The translations under genes and the position numbers were made by a program. Positions 15,320-24,100 of a DNA stretch of 30,343 bases are shown one piece after another (the first letter of the stretch is position 1; each line of letters opens with the position of its first letter). The notes below the pieces were generated by a model. That model had not been told where the DNA came from. It saw only the letters and a program-made list of their open reading frames with translations, and searched no databases. Location of the stretch: NCBI GenBank assembly GCA_001563335.1, contig LRSL01000110.1, forward strand, positions 1-30,343, given 5' to 3'. The DNA comes from Candidatus Thorarchaeota archaeon SMTZ1-45. Lineage in GTDB: Archaea; Asgardarchaeota; Thorarchaeia; Thorarchaeales; Thorarchaeaceae.

Positions 15320-17311
15320 CTACACACTCCTAGACTCTATGATTCCTGCTTCTGAAAGGTCCTTTACAATTTCAATCATTTTGCCTGATTCTATGTCGTT
15401 GAATTGGAAGCATATCATATCCCATATGATATCAAGTGAAGTCCAATCCTTTGCCATGTTAAGCATCTCATCAATGGATGCGAAAATCCTCTCCCGCTCT
15501 TCACTCATCTTCCTATATTCATGCCCTTTGTTACCCAGGCTTTTGATGACAAAACTAGGATCCATTGCATGACTATATTTTCTCTTAACTTCAATTCTAA
15601 AACTTATAGTATCAAGTGGAATCTGGTCTTCCTGCATAGCCTCCATTCCAACTTCTGCACATGCCCCCTCATATGCCTTCCTTGCTACCACCATCTCGGT
15701 AGTATAGACCATTTGCAGGCTTGTCTTTAGTGACTGTCGTAGAGCCTCCTGTTCCTCAATAAGTGACCATTCAGTTGTGGCTTTATCTAGAGTTTCTTGA
15801 CCAAGATCATGAGCTAAACCAAGCCAACGCAAAACTCTTGGATAGATCTTTTCCGGGTCTCCAAGGCATCGTGATAGTTCAGTCACACCACGTAAGCTTA
15901 CATCTTGCATTAATTCTACAAATTCATTCCTGCACTCAGTAAGTACAGTTTCTTCGTAGACATGTTTTGGAAGCACCAAGGATAATGCTGAAAGTGCAGC
16001 GATACGAGATGCGTAGCCCATCTGCCGTGTGTCTAATTTGTCAGATGTATCAGTTGATGTGTGATAAAACCTGTCAGGATCTTGATTGAGCATAACTGCT
16101 GGAATCCCAATAGTGCTATCAGTCAGCATGAAGTGATCACTATCCGCAGAATAGCGGCTGTATTGGTATGGTAATGGAGCAACCATACCACCCTCTCGCC
16201 GATCATCATTCTTTTTTGCTTCAGTTTTCAGCCAGTATCTCACAACATTGTTCAATGTAGAGGGTAGTGAAAATGGTGTTCTATATAGATGGAGAACTGA
16301 CCCCGACTTTGTTGGATCTGCCCCAACCATGTCTAGATTTATCATCGCCATACAACGCTTGAGAATATCCTGCTCGTTGTGAATGAATTGGATTGTACCC
16401 GACCATTCAGGAATCCAGAGGAATCTGATTGAAAATACTGGTGCAGGTATTTTCTCCTCTTTAATTAGCTGAGTCAACGACCTAAGTACTTCTAAAAGCA
16501 CACCACTACCTGATGCATTATCGTTTGCGCCTGGGTGGGGATGACAGACGTGAGCAACTAACCAAATTTCTTTTGATTTCTCGTGTCCTTGTAAAAGCGC
16601 AGAAAGAACCTGCAGTTTTCCTATACCTAAGTTTGCTCTGACCTTTGCTTTGACTCGTACTGTTTTTCCCTCTTCTAGCCATTGTTTCATTTTTATGCCA
16701 TCTGATTGTTTCAGTGAAAATCCAAACTTGGTGGCTTCTTTCTCTTCTAAGCTAGGCCAGATAGCATCATATCGTCTTAGTTCTGCTAGTTCGTCAATAC
16801 CCTTTGGAGGCACAAATGTCAGAATACCCACTGCTCCATGTTCTATGCAAGCGACTTTATGAGCATACCGAGCTAAGCTCTCAGTCAGAACCAGTTTCCC
16901 TTTCACATCTTTTCCTTCATAGTCTGATGGACTAAGCCCTTTTCCTACATATACAACATCTGATTCAATCTCTGCTGATGTTGAATGTCCAACCAAGGAT
17001 ATTGGTTCTGATCTAAAGTTTGCGATGGTTCTTTTTTCAGGTTCAAGTAAATCGAGCTTCCCTTCGCTACCTTCCCAACCAAATGGATTCTGCCAAGTTC
17101 CAATGACTGTCTTGCCATCAGCTGGATATTCAAACACCTTGACCCTTGCATCTGATATAGATTCAATCGTCTTCTTGAGATAGTCAATAGCATCTGAAAA
17201 TCCAGGACTTGCCTGAATTCTATGAAACATCGAGATTGAAGTAGCATAATCTTTCGCACTAATTCCAGAAATAGCGTCTGTTACAGCTTTGATCATATCA
17301 TCGGGTAGCAT
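15320..17311 (-). CDS. M28-family zinc aminopeptidase-like protein with PA domain (DUF4910-like)
   Basis: HRIQASPG, PA-like 'VVYVGKG...DYEGKDVKGKLVL', AHVCHPHPGANDNASG, NLDMVG, DSDH and FYHTSTDT. Confidence 0.85.
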   Translation of the reverse strand: MLPDDMIKAVTDAISGISAKDYATSISMFHRIQASPGFSDAIDYLKKTIESISDARVKVFEYPADGKTVIGTWQNPFGWEGSEGKLDLLEPEKRTIANFRSEPISLVGHSTSAEIESDVVYVGKGLSPSDYEGKDVKGKLVLTESLARYAHKVACIEHGAVGILTFVPPKGIDELAELRRYDAIWPSLEEKEATKFGFSLKQSDGIKMKQWLEEGKTVRVKAKVRANLGIGKLQVLSALLQGHEKSKEIWLVAHVCHPHPGANDNASGSGVLLEVLRSLTQLIKEEKIPAPVFSIRFLWIPEWSGTIQFIHNEQDILKRCMAMINLDMVGADPTKSGSVLHLYRTPFSLPSTLNNVVRYWLKTEAKKNDDRREGGMVAPLPYQYSRYSADSDHFMLTDSTIGIPAVMLNQDPDRFYHTSTDTSDKLDTRQMGYASRIAALSALSLVLPKHVYEETVLTECRNEFVELMQDVSLRGVTELSRCLGDPEKIYPRVLRWLGLAHDLGQETLDKATTEWSLIEEQEALRQSLKTSLQMVYTTEMVVARKAYEGACAEVGMEAMQEDQIPLDTISFRIEVKRKYSHAMDPSFVIKSLGNKGHEYRKMSEERERIFASIDEMLNMAKDWTSLDIIWDMICFQFNDIESGKMIEIVKDLSEAGIIESRSV

Positions 17312-17390
17312 AGTATCCTCTCACAGTGGAAAAATCGGGTGATTTTCTCACATAAGTAGTCTGCGACTCGTGCGAAATTCTCCTGGTGTA

Positions 17391-17429
17391 TATAAAAAGG
17401 AAACTCCCGGAGGTCAATAATACCTCCGG
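17391..17429 (-). terminator. Hairpin plus U-tract terminator downstream of ferritin
   Basis: CCGGAGGT (17407-17414)/ACCTCCGG (17422-17429) stem, followed on the - strand by GAGTTTCCTTTTTATATA. That tract could double as the TATA box of the peptidase gene. Confidence 0.6.
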
Positions 17430-17463
17430 TTGCGTTTGGGGGAAGCGCGTATCTATGGGAATA

Positions 17464-17991
17464 TTATGGGGCTGTCGATTCCGCTGGAACTGGAGCAGCT
17501 GGTGGACGAGCACCAAGCACTGTATCGAGTTGCAGCAACGCAGGTATTGAATCCCCAATTAACTTAAGTTTGTCACGAATTTCCATTGTATTAGCTTCTT
17601 CTTCAGTCTGTTCGTTGTAGAACCAAGTTAACATTGCTTGAGTTGATCTGTCGCCTAACCTGTCTGCCATGTCACCAATTTTGTAGATCCGCTCAGTGAC
17701 AATTGTTTCGTGATGATATGCATCTGCAAAGATCTCATGGGCTGATTTCCATTCCGTCTTTGGAGCATCAATTTGCTTCATAACAACTCTTGCACCTCGC
17801 TCAGTGAGATGCCTATAGAACCTCATTGCATGAGCGAATTCTTCCTGAAACTGTACCTCCATCCAGTGGGCCATTCCTGTAAGATTCTGTTCTTCAAACC
17901 ATGTTCCCATTGATAGGTAGATGAACGCACTATATAACTCAAAATTTAGCTGGTCGTTTATTGCATCGACTAACTCTTGATTAATCTCCAT
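17464..17991 (-). CDS. ftn: Non-heme ferritin (Ftn)
   Basis: NDQLNFELYSAFIYLSM, QEEFAHA, HETIVT and EQTEEE supply ferroxidase-centre residues. ATG at 17991 follows GAGGTG. Confidence 0.95.
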   Translation of the reverse strand: MEINQELVDAINDQLNFELYSAFIYLSMGTWFEEQNLTGMAHWMEVQFQEEFAHAMRFYRHLTERGARVVMKQIDAPKTEWKSAHEIFADAYHHETIVTERIYKIGDMADRLGDRSTQAMLTWFYNEQTEEEANTMEIRDKLKLIGDSIPALLQLDTVLGARPPAAPVPAESTAP

Positions 17992-17997
17992 AATTAT

Positions 17998-18080
17998 GCA
18001 CCTCAACTTCCATGTTGAATCTTTCAACTCTCAGTTGATTTCGATTCACAATAGCTAATTTGGTTTCTTTAAACTTTCGG
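17998..18080 (-). promoter_or_regulatory. Ferritin promoter (BRE-TATA) and repeat-containing 5' leader
   Basis: On the - strand, CCGAAAG-TTTAAAG at 18080-18067. Four alternating TCAAC/GTTGA boxes at 18003, 18014, 18024 and 18034. SD GAGGTG at 18004-17999. Confidence 0.55.
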
Positions 18081-18191
18081 TAAGACAACGTAAAATAACA
18101 ACCAGGTCATCTTTGAAGTCTGTCCAACGAATCCTTATCTTTGGGGAGTCGAAGAGTTGGCTCTATACAACACCCGGAGCGAATATTGAAA

Positions 18192-20918
18192 ATGGCGCTA
18201 CAAGACCTCACGCCTCTTACAATTATGCTTGAATTTGTACCACCACTAATTGTGTCTCTTGTCTACTTACTCTTCTTTGGTAAAAGAAAAAGTAAGTTCA
18301 TTGAGGCCTTCATAATTCTGATGTACCTGAAGACTGTAACATTCTTCATTTTCAACATAGCACTATCAGCTCCTGGAGTTGGAGGAGGATTCAATCCGGT
18401 TATCGATACACGGATTCTATCTTGGCTTCTATTAACAGATATGCTGTTTCAATTTGTTTCCTCACTTCAAGAGTATATGATTTGGGTGATGGTTTCGTTC
18501 TTTGCAGTCCTGTTTGGTATGGTTGTTTTGGCTGCAAAGCTAGCCCTTCAAGATCCAATGAAAATGAGGTTTAAGAATCTCATTAGACGAATTACCCATC
18601 GAGAACCAGAGAGTGACGGATATACAGGATTAATGGACCGTGTTTCGAATATCTCTTTCGAGGGCGTTGAACCTCAACCACTTAATCCTGAAGTGCAAGC
18701 TCGTGCTTGGAGGGATGCATGGAAGGACTATCTCATAATAGGACTGGCGACTGTTATTCCTTCAATATCCATCTATGCTGATAGTATTACTAACTTCATC
18801 GTTCTAAAGAATGATCCTATAAATTATATACCACCTGACACGTATCTGGTCAATATACTCATTTTCATCACTTGGATATACCGCTTCGGATATCCTGCAT
18901 CAAACCGAATTGCGAAAGGGGCTGGGCTTCGTTTGGGTAATCGAAACCTTGGTGGAGAGATGATGCGAGGTGTTCTTGGCTGGTTCTTCAGACTAAACAT
19001 TCTATTATCTATAGGCATTTTTGGGTATCAGGCATATGAGGCATTCAACTCAGGCGTCGCCAATATTGCAGAAATTCTAATAGAGTACTATATCCGAGGT
19101 CTAATACTTGCAGTACCTCCGATTATATTTGCAATACTCATACTTCCATTGGTTGAAGACTTTGCTGTAGTGTTATACAAGAAGACATTTGATTCAATAA
19201 CTCAAGCTAAATCCAAATTCTCTGGAATGAGTTTGAGTGGTGCCATTAAGAATCTAGGAGCCGGTGTTGGGACTGGTCTAGTTGTAACAGGAGCATTTGT
19301 AGCAGCGGTATTTGCTACCACGTTGAACTATGCCATAGGACATGGATTTTTCCTTCTCTTCCCACGCGAGGTTGATGATGAATTTGTTGAAGGAGTTCTC
19401 TATAATCCAGTGAATAACATTCAGATAATTGGTGAAACTATCTGGTTATTGATACTCCTGGCAATTCCCTTCGCTATGATAATAGTTCTAGGAGTCTTGG
19501 GTCATTTTCTAAAGAAAAGAAATGAGAATGGACTTGAATCATTTGCCCTATTCTCAGGTGTAACTCTCTCAGTAGCTACATACGTAATCTTTCCAGGGTT
19601 GGACTATATTGTTGGCTTTGCTCTCACTCCCGCTGATTATGCTGGAGATATCTTCAACAGACTAAGACCATTTCTTGCACTACCAAATGATGAACAATGG
19701 CTCGTACGTCTAGGTTCTCAATTTATTGTCAATCTACCGATCTTTGTATTCAGTGCACTGTTTATTCTCTACTTCTTTAAGTTTAGAGAGAGTTGGAGAG
19801 AAACAATTGGTGAAACTACTGGTCCCCTCTTGAATGTCCATAAAAAAGATCTTGCTCAGAGTGTTGCAATGTTCTTTGGGGGTCTTGTTGCAGCTATTCT
19901 TGGTGTGTGGGCTGTACTAACCATAATTGATAATCCAGGGCTAGTCTATAGCATGTTAGAAGGATTGCTAATCAAAATTGGTCAGCCTGACGGACTTGAG
20001 GGTGTACTTCCACCTACAAGCTTTTTCTTAGATAGAGTGGATCCAATGGGATGGTTTGTCATCTTTGCTGAACATAACATGGTTCGAACCCTCTTGATGC
20101 TAATCATTGGACCTATCTTCTGGTCTGCTGTTCTCTGGTATGTGGGAGTTCAGAAGAATGCTTCTGAGAAGTCAATTGGAACATGGAGCATAGTATCTCT
20201 CTTTGTCGGTGGTGCCATTGCCTATGTATGGACTGCGAGAGATGCTTGGATGTTCAACCCATACGATCCGCGATGGGGTTTTGCAGCGCAATTAGGTCTT
20301 AGAGCCCTTATGGTGTTTGGTGTTCTGTTTCTAATCTATGGTCTTATTGCATTGGTTCGAAGTCGTGGTGGAAAAGGTATAGGGGCTTGGTGGTTCCCAC
20401 TATTCATAACAATCTTTGCAACAGAATATTTTGTCTATGACGATCAATTCACTGTGATTGCTTTGATTGTGCTTCCTCTCTTCCTTGCAGGAGGTTACAA
20501 ATTAATTGGAAAAGGACGCGGTGAGGATTTCCTTATTACGTTCATCAAGTTTAGCTTGATGTCACTAGCAATTGCAGAGGTTCTTTCAACTGCTTTAACC
20601 CTTGGAGGGATAGCACTCATCGAGACCCAATTCTTTGGTATTGGAACTATAGAATTTCTTGCTAGAATCCTTCCCCATGCTGTTGTGGAAATCCCAACCT
20701 TCTTAGTCGCTGCTGCAGCTGCAATTCGTATTGCGAAAGACCTCTGGTCATCCATTGAGTCCGAAGATTGGGCATCGATTCCCTCAAAGACACGTGCACT
20801 TCTAGGGGATGAGCGAACTTGGAGGACCTACATATTGATTGTCTTCTTCCTAGTAATCGCTGCCCTGATTGAAGCCTTTATCACTCCAATTGTCTTTTGG
20901 ATGGCTTTGGCACCCTAG
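18192..20918 (+). CDS. Large polytopic membrane protein with C-terminal SpoIIM/DUF95-like domain
   Basis: C-terminal 'ILPHAVVEIPTFLVAAAAAIRIA...LVIAALIEAFITP' is the SpoIIM-family signature. The preceding ~770 aa are mostly hydrophobic helices. The start is uncertain (18141 TTG, 18186 TTG or 18192 ATG). Confidence 0.75.
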   Translation: MALQDLTPLTIMLEFVPPLIVSLVYLLFFGKRKSKFIEAFIILMYLKTVTFFIFNIALSAPGVGGGFNPVIDTRILSWLLLTDMLFQFVSSLQEYMIWVMVSFFAVLFGMVVLAAKLALQDPMKMRFKNLIRRITHREPESDGYTGLMDRVSNISFEGVEPQPLNPEVQARAWRDAWKDYLIIGLATVIPSISIYADSITNFIVLKNDPINYIPPDTYLVNILIFITWIYRFGYPASNRIAKGAGLRLGNRNLGGEMMRGVLGWFFRLNILLSIGIFGYQAYEAFNSGVANIAEILIEYYIRGLILAVPPIIFAILILPLVEDFAVVLYKKTFDSITQAKSKFSGMSLSGAIKNLGAGVGTGLVVTGAFVAAVFATTLNYAIGHGFFLLFPREVDDEFVEGVLYNPVNNIQIIGETIWLLILLAIPFAMIIVLGVLGHFLKKRNENGLESFALFSGVTLSVATYVIFPGLDYIVGFALTPADYAGDIFNRLRPFLALPNDEQWLVRLGSQFIVNLPIFVFSALFILYFFKFRESWRETIGETTGPLLNVHKKDLAQSVAMFFGGLVAAILGVWAVLTIIDNPGLVYSMLEGLLIKIGQPDGLEGVLPPTSFFLDRVDPMGWFVIFAEHNMVRTLLMLIIGPIFWSAVLWYVGVQKNASEKSIGTWSIVSLFVGGAIAYVWTARDAWMFNPYDPRWGFAAQLGLRALMVFGVLFLIYGLIALVRSRGGKGIGAWWFPLFITIFATEYFVYDDQFTVIALIVLPLFLAGGYKLIGKGRGEDFLITFIKFSLMSLAIAEVLSTALTLGGIALIETQFFGIGTIEFLARILPHAVVEIPTFLVAAAAAIRIAKDLWSSIESEDWASIPSKTRALLGDERTWRTYILIVFFLVIAALIEAFITPIVFWMALAP

Positions 20919-20925
20919 AATGTAG

Positions 20926-20964
20926 TGGAGCGGTTTCTATCCGCTCCAAACTTCTTCTTTTTTT
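20926..20964 (+). terminator. Hairpin plus U-tract terminator
   Basis: TGGAGCGG-TTTCTAT-CCGCTCCA, followed by AACTTCTTCTTTTTTT. Confidence 0.75.
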
Positions 20965-21159
20965 CCTATCTAATCTATTCAACGTAATCTTATATTCTAA
21001 GGCTAAAATGATAACAAAAAGTGCCGCTGCTTAAGATACATCATCATTGGATTGTTATCCAGAAACAGTCCCCTTTTGGAACTCATAGGTGTTGCACGTC
21101 TATGTGTTGATTTTGATGCATCAGCGGTTATATTCCTAAGACAGATTGAGGTGTACACG

Positions 21160-24100
21160 ACGAAAACCATCACGAAAACACTCTCAACATTCGCGCTAGT
21201 TCTGTTTACAGTTACACTCTTTATCAATTTACCAATTTTACCAACAATCACTGATTCTCATATTGTAACTCTTATGAATTCGAACGTTGCAAAACCGCAA
21301 ATGATGCCTGCGGACTATCCTTTCAATTTTACAGAGGTAAGCTGGGATCAAGCTACAGTGAACGAATATAGAGAGCATCAATGGAACTCAACAAGGTACA
21401 GATTCGGACCTTCTGTGAATTGGCACACTCGGAATGCTACGTCTAATGAAATAATCGCGTGGGATGAAGAGATTCCACTTAATTCCTGGTTTGATTTTAT
21501 TATTGAAATACCCAAGACCGCGCTTGGAAGTCAAGTTCCACATGCTGTAGCAATCCAGGGGTCTTACTTTAATCTCTCTGAAATGGAGGATGGTGAAATG
21601 AATCAAGAAGGACCTCATCCAATTAGTTTGCTTGCTATGTATTATGTTCCAGAAGACAAATGGGAGATTTACTCTAGTAAACAGACTAATTGGCCAGAAG
21701 GACCTCCCGGTGAATTGCCTGAGAACTTTACACTCTCTGATATTTTTGGACCGATGGTGGAACCTTTCGCAAATCTCGATGAAATCAATAGTGACTACAG
21801 ACCAGGTGTAGAGGCTTACTGGGGCCGATTCAGAGTTAGTTTCAATTCAAGCACACTACCAGGTTTCTATGCGTTTACTGCAATGGCTTTTGATAGCAGT
21901 TTCCAGCCAATCGCTGAGAGTCAGTTCTCTGAAACTGGTGGTCGTCTAATTGGAGTTGACCTTCATGGAATTGTGAACTCAGCATTTGGAGGATACTATA
22001 CAATCAGTCGTCTTGATGATGATGGTGATATTCTTTATACCGCTAATCGAGGTGAAGATTTCAATTTCACAGTAACAATCAGTAATGCAACCTTCATGGA
22101 AAATGTCACAATACACATGACTGCACCCTCGCAGCTCAAGGTTCAGAAATGGGTCTATGGTCCATATCAGGAATCTGAAATTAGATATGGTGCATGGGAG
22201 TGGAACCAATTAGCTGGTACATACATTTGGAATGCCAGCGCAGTTGTTACTTGGGCTGAACCCAAATACGGTTATCACTGGGAGGAAACATATACTTGGG
22301 TCAACATGGGTAAGGAATACAACTTCTATGATCCATGGGGTGATTGGACTGAGGTTCGACAATCTTGGCCAAGCTTCTCAATAGCGTATGACTTTTCAAC
22401 CGGAAGCTGGATGTATTATGCAGCCTACAATTATGAGAACCACACCTTCATCGATAGTGAGTGGAAATATGTCCACTGGGAGGAGTATGAACCGTGGTCT
22501 CTAGAGTTTCCAGTTCCTTTTGTCCTAAATGAAACTAGCAGTGACGTGTATATCAATGTCTTAGGCAAACTTGTGGTCCAGTTTCGCGGTCACATAAGCG
22601 AGGATATGCTTCCTTCAGGGAGTGAGTATGGTGATACAATTAAGATCTACGAACGATTGTTTAACCATCTTGGTCAAGAACTCGTCAACTATGTGCATCT
22701 CCCTATTGCTGAGCCATATGAACGGATCGACTATGAAAATCAACGCGAGCTTGCGATTGATACACCTGTGTCAATTGTAAAGCTCATCCATAAGGGTGAG
22801 CCATATAGTCCTAGTTGGATGTTTCAAGCAAATATTGGTGAGATATTCACTGTAAGCTCCCGTCTACAAGGAGGTATAGAATATGCTGACGATATTGACG
22901 GTGTAGCCTTCATCCTGTACGGTCATGACGAACGTAGGGGCTTTGATTTGGGAATCGAGTGGTGGCAATACTCAGATATTCAAGTTGAGGTCAAGGTTAG
23001 TCCCGTCGGAGCTATTCAGATAAATGTCTACAATTACACCGTGAGGACATCTTGGGGCTATGGTGAACACTACGAGTGGGTTCATGTTGAGATTGCTCCA
23101 GGCATTTGGGAAACTCAAAGAGTTCTTGTTTCAGATTGGTTCTGGCAAGAGCTAATTTGGGACTTTGAAGCAAATGATTGGACTGAACAACATTTCCCGA
23201 TGAAGTCATCAAAAGCTAAGATGCCAACATCTTTCTTGATAGCTGGCAACGTAACTTATTCAGTAATAGGTGATGACCTAAAGGTTGCTTTTGATGTCAC
23301 ACCACTCCCTGACATGCCCGCTCTTGAATGGTGGTGGGAATATATCTATGGAAATCTGACTTGGGTCACAGATTATGAGTCTGGATGGGGAAGTCACACC
23401 GTACTAGGATGGACTGAAGACACAGTGTATCATTACTATAATGGCACGGATATTGTGTATGTTGATTCTCCGTTCAAGGCACCCATTTTCCGAAACAATG
23501 CAACAGGAGAACTTTACGAACGTGAAAAGATACCCTATATCATCATTAATGGAAGACCAGAACCACTGAAAACATACATCTTTGGAGAATTTGATTACAC
23601 CTACGAAACTCTTCTTCGTGAGGAATATGACTACGTTCTGGATGAAACTCGACACTTTGTCAAACTCATTAATGGGTCTGAGCTGGAGGTCTTTGGAGAC
23701 CAGATTGCAGCAATATTCAATATCACTCTCATGAATGGAACCTCATTTCTTTCATTCAATGAATATCCAGAATATATGGGATGGGTTGAAGGAATTGACT
23801 ACTACTACATGATTGGTGTTGATGGATCATTAATTACTGGTCAATGGCCAATTATTTGGGATGGTTATTTGGCAACTAGGTATGATGTCACGCCTGTCAC
23901 AATGATTGAACACAGATATGTTTCATACGCAACTCCAATTGCTCCGTATGAACCTTCTAAAACCAGACCAATTTACATGGTAGGATGGCCTCAATCTGTG
24001 GGGCCTGACCATTGGGTCATATATCTCAATGAAACTTGGGAACGGATAGATATCTGGAGGTACTGGGAAGATGGTGGTCTTTACTACTATCACAATTATA

